Below are positions 33,322 to 46,667 of a stretch of DNA of 64,000 nucleotides, piece after piece. Numbering within the stretch: position 1 is the stretch's first letter; every line of letters begins with the position of its first letter. The notes under the pieces were generated by a model that was given only the letters and a program-made list of their open reading frames with translations, did not search any database and was not told where the DNA came from. The DNA comes from Octopus vulgaris. Taxonomy: Eukaryota. The position numbers were made by a program, and so were the translations under genes. The DNA lies in the NCBI GenBank assembly GCA_951406725.2, contig OX597814.1, positions 40,548,001 through 40,612,000 of the forward strand, given 5' to 3'.

Positions 33322-35592
33322 GTAAGAGATCCTCAAACAAAACTGGCCTGAATGTCTCTCCTCGCCGGACATCGACATGAAACTTCAACAATTCATGTCT
33401 GTAATGCAAGCCATATGCTACAAATGAGTCCCAGAGAGAAAGGCCACTATACACAAGAACACAATCCCCAGAGAGAGGAAAATTCTAATGAGACGGCGCA
33501 CAAATATCTCAAATCGCCTAAACAAACAAATTGAAAGCAGTGAAAAGTCCCGCCTGAAAATGAAACTGTTGGAAATTGAAAACTGTCTGCAACTCTCCCA
33601 TGAAAAGGAAAGAGCAGACAAAGAAGCCTGGACTATATACAACATAAAATATAACCCCAGATCTTTCTACAGGTATGCCAAAGAAACAGCTACGGTGCAC
33701 TGTAGGATAGGGCCACTCCTTGAAAGGGATGGCACACTCACAGGAAATCCAATGAGGGTAAGTGAAATACTAAATGAGCAATTCAAGAGTGTTTTCACCC
33801 CACCCCTTGGGCATTTCCAAATCAGCAATCCAACTGACTTCTTCACCACTGCAGATATGGGGTCAGAAGCGGCGATGATTGATTACGTCAATATAAAGGA
33901 AGACGATGTAATAAAGGCTATAGATGAGATGGAAACAAACTCAGCCACTGGCCCCGATGGATTCCCAGCAATCCTTCTAAAAGTATGTAAGAGGGTCCTA
34001 GCAAGGCCACTGCGGTCTCTCTTTCAGAGCTTCCTTGCAACTGGCAAACTTCCAAGTAAACTGAAGGAAGGTAAAATATGCCCTATTCATAAAGGAGGTA
34101 GCAGAGCGGAGGCCAAGTAGTACAGACCTATCTCCCTAACCTCACACATCAGCAAGGTCATGGAACGAATAGTCAGAAGGAAACTAATCACCTTCCTTGA
34201 AGAAAATGACTTGCTGCCTGACACCCAACATGGTTTCCGACCAGGAAGAAGCTGCTTAACTCAGCTCCTACAACACTATGACTTGGTGCTGAAACAACTG
34301 CTCAACCACTCAAATGTGGAAGTCATATATCTCGACTTTGCAAAGGCCTTTGATAAAGTCGATCATGGAATGATATGTCACAAACTGTGTGATCTTGGCA
34401 TAGTTGGAAAATTGGGAGAGTGGCTTCATGACTTTCTGAAGAATAGAAGTCAGGTGGTAACAGCCAATGGGGCCACTTCCATTAACACGCAAATAGTGAG
34501 CGGTGTTCCGCAGGGCACTGCTTTGGGACCACTACTGTTCATAATGGCCCTCTCAGACTTGCCCTCAGCCACGCAGAGAGCCACGATCACAAGTTATGAA
34601 GATGATAGAAAAGTCTCACAGGCAATACAGAACCCTGAAGACACTAAGCACCTGCAATGTGAGCTGGACGAAGTATACAAGTGGGCTGAACAGAATAGCA
34701 TGCAGTTCAATGCTGAAAAGTTTCAAGCTTTATACTATTAGCATGCAAAACTGAATGCAATACCCAATGAATACACTGGGATTGCTATCCCAGAGGCACA
34801 ATCAGTGCGTGACTTGGGTATTCACATGAGTGATGACGCGACCTTTCATGTACATGTTGCTAAACTGGCAATGAAATGTAGACGGCTGGATGGATGGATT
34901 CTTAGAACCTTTAGAACAAGAGAACAAGAAACCATGATGGTCCTCTGGAAGACACTTGTCCTAAGCCACTTTGACTATTGCTCTCAGCTATGGTCACCAT
35001 CCAGTGTCAAGTTGATCACAGAACTTGAGGCGATCCAACGAAGCTACACGAAGAAGATAGCCTCTGTGCAGCATATGAGCTACTGGGAAAGACTCAAGAG
35101 ATTAGAGCTCTATTCCCTGGAGCGTAGGCGAGAAAGATATGCCATAATATATATCTGGAAGATCCTGGAAGGACTTGTCCCAAACTTTGGCATCGCGAGT
35201 CACACACATGCCAGAACCGGGCGCCACTATGTAGTACCAAGGACTCCAAATTTGCCATCAAGATGTAGGACAAGATATTGTGATAGCCTGGGCTTCAGAG
35301 GCCCACAGCTCTTCAATATCCTCCCAAAGAACCTGAGGGACCTGCATGGTGTAGATGCGGATGTCTTTAAAGTAGGACTGGACCTCTTCCTGTCAGGTGT
35401 CCCGGATGAACCAACTTCACGGCAGTAGGTGCAGATGAGGGCAGCTGCATCGAACTCTCTCATGCATCAGATGGCATTTGCTAAAAAGCATCCGTGAGGT
35501 AAAATCGTGTAGCAAACCAAATGGCGGTGCCCCAGCATGGCCACAGCTCATTAGCCGAAACTGGAAAAAATCAAAAATCAAAATCAAAATCA
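33322..35592 (+). mobile_element. 5'-truncated CR1/L2-group LINE; RT pseudogene with in-frame stops and (AAAATC)n tail
   Basis: ORFs 33488, 34160 and 34805 share one frame; GPDG, YRPISLTS, QHGFRPGRSC, YLDFAKAFDKVDH, SGVPQG, YEDD (YADD mutated), RDLG; stops at ~33425, 34118, 34739 and 35426. Confidence 0.95.
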
Positions 35593-37056
35593 TAGGAAAC
35601 TTCTTCTTCACAGCTACTCACCCAAAATTTGTTATTTCCAACTCTATACGAAAATTCTTTTGTAAGAGTCTGCGAATGTTGGACACATTTAGTGTCTATT
35701 AAGATTCGATTGAGGTAATGTAAATTTATAATAACAATAATTATATAATCAAGAATTTCTTAACAGTGATGGTGAATATTTATAACATTATGAAAACATA
35801 ATATGATCAAGGTTAATATTTTAATAAACATAAAGATATATCAGAAATTATAATGAAAGTATGAAGTCTGTAACAAATTTTAAAGTCCATACAACGAACC
35901 GCATGTCCTTACCTTTGAGCGCAGGCACATGCATTAACGTGTGAGATAATATATTGAACATAATATGATAATACGTAAGTGTTTGAAATAAAAAAGTTAC
36001 TTGGGAGAGAGAATTAAAATATATTACATTTGGTGTATACAACTGATTATTGGATCGTAAACTTTATGTATACAATCATAATATTAGTTTGCTACAGGAA
36101 TTGAATTAATGAAAAACAATATTATAAATGTAAACCACGAAGCAGATCTGCTTAAATTGGAGAGTTAATTGCCTAAGTTATTCTGGTATATAAAACGAAG
36201 TAAGCTAGCCTTTTCTTTCCAGTCTAAATTATCACGAGAATAGAATAGTTTAGAACTCATTTACACAAGAAAATAAAATATTCTATGCCCAGAAGTGCAA
36301 AAATATTGCAGGATGTAACGATGATAATGTACACACACATACACATACACACGTGCGCATGCACACACTCACAAACACATGCGCATGCATACGCACACAT
36401 GCACGCCCGTGAGCACACTCCGACACGTAAGAGAAGAGAAGGTATACATATATGAAAGTTTCATTCTTCATTTTATACATACATGTGTGTGTGAGTGTCT
36501 GTGTCTTTGTGAATATTTCTGACTGTAACTTTACATCACTAAGTCTAGGTACATCATAAATATTTCTATATAATGAATATATAGTTAATGTTTATATTCC
36601 CATTATTCAGATACAAAGCTACTCTAAAGTAGTTGATTGATCCAAGAAACAGACCAGTACATCGTTCAATGTCACATTTAAGATATTCAAAATCTTGGAG
36701 AATTATCATTGAAATAATATAGTTCATTCAAATCTATATTGATCTAATATGTTGATAAGTCCATCAATTACATTTGATCGACTATAAATCACCTTCATAA
36801 CTCTATCAACATATGCAAATGTAAACTGAAACTGTCTTTAATTACTAATGACTTACCACGTTTCTGAGACATGAAATAAAATGATGAAAATAGGTAAATG
36901 TAGATTATGGCAGTGATAAATGAGCTGGCTATATGAAATTTCCTCTTGTAAATACCAGTCTGTATCCTAGAAAGTGACGCAGAAAAATGTTACAATCGGA
37001 GGAATACGTGGATTTGATTTGTGTACAAATAATTTCTATGAAATCTTTTCTATATA

Positions 37057-37223
37057 TAGGTGCAGGAGTGACTGTGTGGTGAGTAACTGGCTTACCTACC
37101 ACATGGATCGGAGTTCATTCCCACTGCGTGACACCTTGGGCATGTGTCTTCTACTATAGCCTCGGGCCGATCAAAGCCTTTTGAGCGGAATTGGTAGACG
37201 GAACCTGAAAGGATACCGTCATA

Positions 37224-37294
<71 letters not shown>

Positions 37295-37512
37295 ATATGT
37301 TTCTATGTCAGCGTTTATCCCCTCAACATCGCTTGAAGTCCGAAACCGATGGTGGTGTGTTTACGTCCCCGTAACCTTAGCGGGTCGGCAAAATAGACCG
37401 ACAGAATAAATAATAGTTTCTAAAGTCCTGGGGTCGATTTTCTCGACTAAAAGCGGTGCTCCTGCATGGCCGCAGTCAAATGACTGAAACAGGTAAAACA
37501 GTAAAAAAGTAA
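37057..37512 (+). mobile_element. tRNA-derived SINE with internal (TA)n; related copy at 61450-62020
   Basis: A/B-box-like head, CORE-like ccttgggca.gt, tail atggccgcagtcaaatgactgaaac. Confidence 0.8.
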
Positions 37513-37531
37513 ATGATATATATAAATATAT

Positions 37532-37586
<55 letters not shown>

Positions 37587-37666
37587 TTATGATAAAATCA
37601 TTATTTAATGATGTATCAGTGGCCAGCAAACTAAAAGTACCATATTGGTTACTTTAAATTAAAAGA

Positions 37667-37833
37667 GTGCTGAATGATTTCAATACCAGTCCGCTAGAAA
37701 TAGACCCCTGGTTTCCATGAACTACTTAGATTATTACTACAGTAAGTTGTAAGCGAGGAACACAGAAAGCGAGGATTTGTGAAATCCGAGGACTATCCAT
37801 TTCTAGCGGACTGGTATTGAAATCATTCAGCAC
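37667..37833. repeat. ~35-bp inverted repeat with ~95-bp spacer
   Basis: gtgctgaatgatttcaataccagtccgctagaaat / atttctagcggactggtattgaaatcattcagcac. Confidence 0.85.
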
Positions 37834-37874
37834 ACTTATAACATTTCTCTCTTTCTCTCTATCTATCTCTCTCC

Positions 37875-37930
<56 letters not shown>

Positions 37931-38100
37931 TAATATAGTTATCGCCATACTAATATGGCATTCTTATAAAAATAAGAAAAAAGCTGTCCGCTTGTTAGCT
38001 CCATGAGGCCATCGCCTTAAGTTAGCTAATTGATACACAAACTGTATCCATATAACCTTGGAACAAGGGAGGTCAGTCGCTCCACACTACTTGACCGGCA

Positions 38101-38142
38101 GCTACAGACGCGTTTCGGGGTATTGCCCCTTTTCAATGCAGC
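38101..38142 (-). ncRNA. Minimal hammerhead ribozyme, U3:A8 covariant, copy 1
   Basis: Minus: gctgca-TTGAAAA-gggg-caata-cccc-GAAAC-gc-GTC^-tgtagc; 6-bp stem I, 4-bp stem II, palindromic ACGCGU. Confidence 0.8.
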
Positions 38143-38462
38143 GTAGCCAGCCAGTAGGTGTCGCTTCCGACAATCTCTGTTCGATGGTTTTATTTACCTA
38201 ACTTCGGTGGAATACATCCACTTGTTTTCAATAATAGAAATATTAAAGTAACTAAGTCTCTTTAAAAGAGAACAGCGGCAGCGTTCCCGGAAAATAATAG
38301 TTATCGCCATACTAATATGGCATTCTTATAAAAATAAGAAAAAAGCTGTCCGCTTGTTAGCTCCATGAGGCCATCGCCTTAAGTTAGCTATTTGATACAC
38401 AAACTGTATCCATATAACCTTGGAACAAGTGAGGTCAGTCGCTCCACACTACTTGACCGGCA

Positions 38463-38504
38463 GCTACAGACGCGTTTCGGGGTATTGCCCCTTTTCAATG
38501 CAGC
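38463..38504 (-). ncRNA. Minimal hammerhead ribozyme, U3:A8 covariant, copy 2
   Basis: Identical to 38101-38142, 362 bp away. Confidence 0.8.
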
Positions 38505-38676
38505 GTAGCCAGCCAGTAGGTGTCGCTTCCGACAATCTCTGTTCGATGGTTTTATTTACCTAGCTTCGGACAGCTTTTTTCTTATTTTTATAAGAATGCC
38601 ATATTAGTATGGCGATAACTATTATTTTCCGGGAACGCTGCCGCTGTTCTCTTTTAAAGAGACTTAGTTATTATAA

Positions 38677-38736
<60 letters not shown>

Positions 38737-38755
38737 CATATATACACACATATAT

Positions 38756-38802
<47 letters not shown>

Positions 38803-38879
38803 TATTTATATATATACACAGATATGCAGGAAGTAAATAGACAACTGCAATTTTCAAAATTTCAGATCTAAGCGTCTGA

Positions 38880-39820
38880 ATATATATTCAGCGGTGTAGA
38901 ATTTACAATGTAATTATTCTTTTTCATTCCAGGTGCTATTATATTAATCCTTTGCGAAGAGTAACCATGCCCCGCACAAAAAATTCAGCAGAACTGTCAG
39001 ATTTGCAAAGAGGTCGTATTGTTGGGAAATCTGAGCCTGGACTTGGCCAGCAAAAAATTGCCAAAAATCTCCAAATTCATCTTGCTCCTGTTAAGAGAAT
39101 TATAGTACATTTCAAGAGCTAAGTAATAAACAGATTCTCGTCCTGGCCGACCTAGGCCCTCGGCAAGGAGGCTTCGCTGTTTAAAGAGATTTGTTGAAAA
39201 CGAACCCCTTTCGAAGAATTCTGACATTGCAAAACAGCTAGAAATTAGTCCAAGAACGTCTGTTACATATCTGCATAAGCTCGTATATTATGGACGAACC
39301 GCTGGAAGAAAACTTCTCCTTCAATCAACTAATATCACGAAAAGAAATAAATGGGCTAAGGAAATGTCAGAAAAACCCAGTTCATTTGGGGATAAAGTGA
39401 TTTTCTCATATGAATTCAGATTTGCATTATTTTCAGACAGTGGACGTGTTTGGATCTGGAGGCTTCCCAATCAAGAATTTGATTTGAAATGACTCCATCC
39501 GCCGTGAAACATGGCGGTATCCCTGTAATGGTATGGGGACCTGTCATCAGCAGTGGTCGTTCTGAGCTGATCGAATGTGTTGAAACCATAAACTCTGAAA
39601 AATACATCGAAATATTTTAGCAAGGACTACTTCCGATGTACTCCCACGATAACATAACGAAAAACGAGTATTTATTCATGGAAGATGGGGTTCCATGACA
39701 CAGCGAAAAGGAATCAACAATGGTTGATTGAAAATGGGATCAAAAAGTTTCAGTGGCCGAGCCAATCTCCTAACATGTACCCAATTGAAAATCTTTGGAG
39801 CATACTGGATAGAAGCCTTC
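38880..39820 (+). mobile_element. Tc1-family transposase pseudogene
   Basis: MPRTKNSAELSDLQRGRIVG from 38967, RPGRPR, VIFSYE.RF, FMEDG, WPSQSPNMYPIENLW; truncated by a SINE. Confidence 0.88.
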
Positions 39821-39837
39821 ATCTGATATATATATAT

Positions 39838-40143
39838 ATCACGTAATCACGTGACCGACCAGTCCATCAGATGTAGTTACACATCGCTGGTCACAATGCG
39901 TTCGCATTGTTTTAGCCTTCGAATGACGCCACCCTGCTGGATAAGTGAGCAGGCCAACAGAAGAAAGACTGGGAGAAAGAGTGGTGAAAGAGTACAGCAG
40001 GGATCACCACCCCGTGCCGGAGCCTCGTGGAGCTTGTAAGTGTTTTTGCTCAATAAACACTCACAACGCCCGTCCTGGGAATCGAAACCTCGATCCTACG
40101 ACCGCGAGTCTGCTGCCCTAACTACTGGGCCATTGCGCCTCCA
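39838..40143 (-). mobile_element. tRNA-derived SINE (second copy 55453-55748)
   Basis: Minus head ggaggcgcaatggcccagtagttag...ggtttcgattccc (A and B boxes). Confidence 0.85.
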
Positions 40144-40502
40144 CTGCTGACACTACGCTAGCTATTATTATGTTATCGAGAGAAAAGGAAATTGGAGTCG
40201 TACGTTCTGAGAAGCAGACATCATATCGTAAGGGGAAGTGTGTGGAGAAGACTCAAACCCCTCTTACAGCACATCAAAAAGATAAAATGAACTTTTTTAC
40301 ATTCTTATGCAAAATTTGATCAGTCTTTTTGATATCTATTTTTCAATTAATGATAAGACATTTGATGTGCACCTACAATATCAGTCGGAAACCCATAACC
40401 TTAATACCGAAAATTCTTAAGCGTTTTGTGCACAACACAGCTTGAATCAAAAGTAATTAAAAGAATTTATGTGTTAGAAAGACATTAGTTGCGATAAACA
40501 AC
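40143..40502. repeat. Composite local duplication of 43956-44220 (direct) and 43224-43325 (inverted)
   Basis: High identity by eye, with a ~20-bp linker between the two parts. Confidence 0.88.
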
Positions 40503-40518
40503 AATATCATACAGTAAA

Positions 40519-40586
<68 letters not shown>

Positions 40587-40869
40587 TTGCGTTTAAATAG
40601 ATAAATGTTTTGCATTTCATTACATTCCATGATATTTAACGAAGAGTTCCTCAAGAAATATTAAAAAAACTATATATCTGTTTCTATTATTAATATAATT
40701 TTCATGTAGCACATTCATATTTTATTCTTCGTTTTCTTTAAAATTGTAAATAATCGTGTACTTGTTTAATGTATGATGCTCAAGAAATTTCCTCTGTCAT
40801 ATCTATCTAAATCTGGTGATACATTGCCTTATTGATGTCATTATTTTATTTCATGTTTCAGAACTATGC

Positions 40870-41195
40870 AAGGCTTAGTGGCTTACTTGTTAGGACATTC
40901 GGCTCACGATAGTAAGGGCATGAGTTCAATTCCCGGCGATGCATTGTGTCCTTGAGCAAGACATTTTATTTCACGTTGCTCCAGTCCACTGAACTGGCAA
41001 AAACGTGTAATACCTGTATTTCAAAGGGCTAGCATTGTCACACTCTGTGTTATGCTGAATCTCTCTGAGAACTACGTTAAGGATACACGTGTCTGTGTGG
41101 TGTTCAGTCACTTGCACGCTAATTTCACGTGCAAGCTGTTCCGTTGATCATATCAGCAGGCACCCTCCTCGTTGTAACCAACGGTGTACTCCTGT
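40870..41195 (+). mobile_element. tRNA-derived SINE (family also at 62085-62400 minus)
   Basis: gagttcaattccc B box, tgtgtccttgagcaagac core, shared body. Confidence 0.85.
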
Positions 41196-43589
41196 TCCTA
41201 AAGTCAATAGTATTTAACTTATTAAATAATCTATGAATATTTTAGTTAGAAATTAATTGCCTTACTTAGCATTAACAGAAACAAAATCTAAGCCTTTTAA
41301 ATAATACTCATCCATAAACAATTATGCTCTTTTTTAAATGATGTAACGTACCATTTCTTTTACAGTATTATTGAGCGTCATATGATCTATTTAAATGTTA
41401 AAGCTTATATAAATTTCCATCAATGTTCTAGTTGTTGGATGTTTCTCTATTATGTACAGAATTCTCAGACTATAATCATCGCACTGTGGCATACTATCAA
41501 ACGCTGGTGGGGACGGGAAGATATCCATTCTCAGAAGTTACATTTAGTTCGAATACTTGACAGTGTGTGGATTCGGCTAAACGCAGCAAATTGCGAAGTG
41601 ATCTAATCAAAGGCAGTTAGTGATTAATTATTTACTACACATTTACGTCAAGGAGAGTTTTAAAATCCGTTCTCTAAATCCATAAACGAATAGCGCAAGA
41701 CATCTCACTGAGATTGTAAAGTGTCTAGCAGTGTACTGCGCGTTGGTTCGAACTCAGAAAGCATGTTGCAGGAATACATAATTCAAATAATTTCCTTCGG
41801 CGCAGAGTTACTGCATCAAGTTGGTGCTTTTGAAATATGTTATTGGTGCTAACTGGACATTTTAAGTGATTCGAATGCCTTCATTTTAATGTAGATTTCA
41901 CTCAGATTGTGTGAACTGATATCATTTGTGCAACTCAATTTATATTCTATTTCCAGACCGTTAGAATCTGAAATAGTTTTCGGCTGGCAGGATGGGATGA
42001 AACACTTGGGGTATAATGATTCTAATGTTGGATGACAGAGATCATTTGAGCGGATATCAGCGGGAGTGTGTGAAGTCTAAATGTTTCCATAACTAATGTA
42101 TTTCCGCTTATTCCGGATGATGGGATACAAATTTGATCTAGTGTATTAATAGTTCTCTTAATATTTAAAATTGCCTGTTACAAATATTTTCTGATGGTTG
42201 GTTTGTAGTAACAGAACAGGTTTTTTCCTGAGTCCTTGAAGGGCTCTGTATGATGTCTATAGTTTATTAAAATGTTTAGTGTGATATGAAATTCATCAAA
42301 TCCGATATAATTCAGATGATATGATATAGGCTACTGATATATATGAGTAAGAGTGGTGTGGACATAAGGGAAAACTGGTCCAGAGATATTAGTTCAAAAT
42401 TATATTTTCAGCACACAAAATAGTGATGTTCTCAATCAATTCCAGAAAATTATGTTATACACATATCTGCAGAAGCAAGAAATAAGTTGTTCTGTTACTG
42501 GATTTTATACAGAATATGCACAAATGTATTTCTTATATAAAATCCGTTGATACAGTTTCGTTAAATAAGAAATGAGAGAAAATAAATTGAAGACAAGCCA
42601 GAGATATAAAAGAGATACACGCATACAACCAACGAAACCATGTATATGAAGGGCATCTGCTAGAGAAATATCCCTTTCCTCACTAAGATATCTTGCAGCA
42701 ATTTCTAAATTCTGCTATCTGTAGGCGTCAGTAAGTATTAATCACCAATTTCATTTAACATTTCTTCCAGTAACGCTATGAGACTCGCCTGCATTGGTTA
42801 AACTATGGTTCCTATGGCTTTGTCACATTCTAAGACACTCATTTTTTTATAACACATTTCGTTATTATTATTAACTCAATGTTGTAATGTTTGGAACACT
42901 TATTATAGACATGTGAATTTTATACATTTGTTAGTGTATAGATGTAGGATTTCTGAAATATATTATGCTATTAGAAAGGCATAAATCATAATAACTATAT
43001 ACATGGAAAAGCAATCACTTTTAATCAATGCTTTCAATGTCTGGAACGAAAGGAATAATCTCTTGGTGGAACGTTTCATTCATGAAATCCGTGCGCCTAT
43101 ATCTTCTTTAAAAAGCGTGTTCAAGAAATTGTTTAATTATCTTCCGAAAGACACCACCCTTTCTGTTCTCCGTTTCTACTGGACATCGAATTTTTAAGAG
43201 GAATGCGTTTACTGTATTATATCTTTGTTTATCGCAACTAATGTCTTTCTAACATTTAATTCTTTTAATTACTCTTGATTCAAGCTGTGTTGTGCACAAA
43301 ATGCTTAAGAATTTTCGGTATTAAGTAGTTTACTTAATGGCAAAACCTCTTAAGCATAAATGAGCAAATTGATGCCAACTATGGAAAGCTGCTGTGTCAG
43401 TTATGGCTTAGCAAGAGTGATTAGCTATATTTTCACCAAGGAGTGTCAAACAATCGTAAAATCATTGCGGCGGAAATTCTCCCACATCACATTTTGCGCA
43501 TTAACTGTATGATAATAATGTGTTTACACACATATGTACTTGCTTCTCGCAAATTATAGCTTTCTAATACTTAAAATGATATGCGGCGA

Positions 43590-43800
43590 TCATTCAGAAT
43601 CATTAGCACACCCGGCGAAATGTTTATCAGCATTTCATCCGTCTTTGCATTCTGAGTTCAACCTACTCCGCGACTGACTTTACCTTTTATCCTTCCTGGG
43701 TCGATAAAACTAAGTGCCAACTGAGCACTGGGATCGATGTAATCGACGTAATACCTTTCAAAGCTGCTGGCCTTGTGATAACCTTTTTAACTAATATTTA
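43590..43800 (+). mobile_element. Decayed SINE
   Basis: cagaatcattagcac...tctgagttcaa...gggtcgataaa...gggatcgatgtaatcgac. Confidence 0.7.
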
Positions 43801-45224
43801 CACGGATTCCATATTTCTGATTTATGATATGTTGTACGTATAATACAAAATTTAAGTAAGGAGAACTCTTATAAACCACAAATATGTAAATGAAGTATAA
43901 ATATGGCTTGAAAGAATCCAACAAAATAACTACGAGGCGTTAGTGCAAGATTGTTACTGTTGACACTACGCTAGCTATCATTATATTATCGAGAGAAAAG
44001 GAAATTGGAGTCGCACGTCCTGAGAAGCAGACATCATATCGTAAGGGGAAGTGTGTGGAGAAGACTCAAACCCCTCTTACAGCACATCAAAAGGACAAAA
44101 AGAACGTTTTTACATTCTTATGTAAATGTTATACTTTCTTGTGTAATTCCTTTGAAACTTTGATCAGTCTTTTTGATATCTATTTTTCAATTAATGACAA
44201 GACATTTGATGTGCACCTACATTAAGAAAGCTATCATTCTTGGTAGCATGGAAGTAGGTACGTTGCCCACTAAAACAGAATACTTTACGACTAAGGCTAT
44301 GGATTTCTAACAAATATTGAATCCTTCTCTGCAGAGAAATGTGAAAAAAATATAGAATCTGTCCATCGGGAGTCATTCATATATTTCTGCATGTTAGAGG
44401 AATGAGTGAAAGTTGATTAGATTTTCACTTGATACTTTATAAACTTAAATTTCTAATAGTTCATGGTAATTTAGACGTTATTTTCGCAATGTTTTGCGCC
44501 TATAATATATATCATTTAATGATATCATGCTAAATAAAAAATATTTAAATGAAGATATATAAAATCATCAGAGTTTAGCAGCTTGTATACGGATATTCAT
44601 GCATACGCACATACATATTTAAATTGCAACACACACAAACACATGTATATATAGAATTAAAATAAATAGCAGACTGCATTGTTTTAACAAAACTAAAAAC
44701 TGTAATTGTCGCTAAATGGGAATAGGGTATCAGACACACCTACGCATCGCTATAAATAAAAGCTAAAATGATTTAATGCTATGTAAAAGCACATAACTGT
44801 ATACATACATCCATACAGACAGACACAATGATCGTTGGAACGCAACGTTCGAGAATTATTTTTGCTGACGCCTATAATTGTCATTAAATGTGCATATTCT
44901 GACGATTATAGTCCCTGTCTGTATATATGTAAATAATCATCTGCCTATACTACATCATTGGAGCAGTTTCGCTCTTGTTTCTTTGAAGTTAGTTGTTTTT
45001 AACACTCTCGTCATATTTAGTGACAATTTTAGTTTACAGTTTTGGTAAAATAGTGCAAACTGCTGTCTATTTTAATTTTATATATACCCATTAACGATTG
45101 CTAAATCATCCATAGATTTGTATGATGAAATCATATATACAGAATGAGAAATTGCAATGCACGTGTTTTTTATCACCCTAATCACATTTAGTGACAATCA
45201 TATCTATCTATCTACCTGCCTATG

Positions 45225-45261
<37 letters not shown>

Positions 45262-46140
45262 GTTTCACGTTCTTGTCCCAGTTTGTGTATTTTTTTTACA
45301 TTAACATATATACATGGCGGCTACGTACCCACTTTTTGACCCTATACGTAAGTATATTACTCTCTAACATTGGTACGACTCTACTACACTGTCTCTTTTT
45401 CCCCCTTCTCCAAATTTCTCTGCCTTAACCCTTTGCACTCTCCTTGATCTGTCTCTTTCCCTCTCTTTCTTCTCCTTCCTTGTTCCCTTTCTTTCTTTCT
45501 CTCTTCCGCCGTCCCCCCTCTCCCACATTTCTCTGCCTCTCACACCTTACACCCCACTTGACCTGTCATTCCCTCTCTTTCTTCTCCTCCCTTGTTCCCC
45601 TTCTTTCTCTCTTCATCTGTCCCTTTCTCCTCTCTTTTGTGCTACGTGAGCAGCCAGCGACTACTGCCTTTTCGCATCCAGTAGTCAGTGTGGCAACACG
45701 TATTTCTTTGTGCTCCGTTGCCTTAAGGCACTTTTCCTTAGCCAGCCTTAAACTAAACTTAACTCGTCTTGTCGAAAAGACGCTTGTCCTGACGTCCTGG
45801 TTTTGTTATTATTGTTTTTACGTATTTGTATTCTTATTCGTGCTATCATTATTGTTTTTACGTATTTTTGTATTTTTATTCGTGTAACATCATCCGTTTT
45901 CCGTCCCTGTGTTGTATACTTTCGAGGCTTTCTTCCAAGGAATCTAATGCGCTTGGCTTAGATTTCCCTTGCAGGCTGCCCAGATCGGAGCAATCTCAAG
46001 ATTAATCAGCCGAAATTGCGAAGATGATCCGGTTCTTGACTGATGACTGAGAGCTTCGAAAGTCCCGTCCGTGTTTTTTGTGTCTCTTCTAAATGTTTCA
46101 CGTTCTTGTCCCAGTTTGTGTATTTTTTTAAAATTTACAC
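45262..46140 (+). mobile_element. Non-coding PLE-like repeat with short terminal direct repeat, between (TA)n tracts
   Basis: tgtttcacgttcttgtcccagtttgtgtattttttt at ~45262 and ~46094; CTGATGA..GAAA remnant at ~46040-46061. Confidence 0.65.
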
Positions 46141-46141
46141 A

Positions 46142-46199
<58 letters not shown>

Positions 46200-46275
46200 T
46201 TCAAAGGAATATGGTACTTAATTTAGATACACCAGAATTCTGTATGGTGTTATCCATATAAATCTGTGGGGTGAT

Positions 46276-46667
46276 TATAATCAAAATAAGCAAGAAGAAT
46301 AACTCCGGTAATTTGGTACGATCGTTTGGCAGTTCATCATTTTATTAAATGTTGTAAGTACTACAACAGTTTTAAGATGGTGAGCACTCATCAGCCATTT
46401 CTAGAGGTTTTCCCTTAATACAAAATTTTCATATCAAGTGGTAACATTATAGAGAAGGTAGATATATAGACAAAGATGTGAATTTAAATTTTAAGAACAT
46501 AGTATTACCACTTGATATGAAAATTTTGTATTAATGGAAAACCTCTATAAATGGCTGATGAGTGCTCACCATTTTAAAACTGTTGTAATACTTACAACAT
46601 TTAATAAAATGCTGTAGTGCGAAACGATCGTACCAAATTACCGGAGTTATTATTCTTGCTTATTTTG

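Larger units (their letters stand above)
37932..38684 (-). mobile_element. (TA)n-flanked non-coding element: 362-bp-period tandem repeat plus inverted terminal copy (pLTR/retrozyme-like)
   Basis: 37935-38207 matches 38297-38569; 38567-38684 is the reverse complement of ~38235-38352; contains two hammerheads. Confidence 0.9.

Noticed and set aside
33488-35496. Three in-frame TAG stops in the LINE, suggesting A-to-I (UAG>UGG) read-through
   Set aside because: The positions are not expected to be Trp (e.g. the N of NYRPIS), an upstream in-frame TGA exists at ~33425, and the catalytic motif is YEDD; this is ordinary decay.
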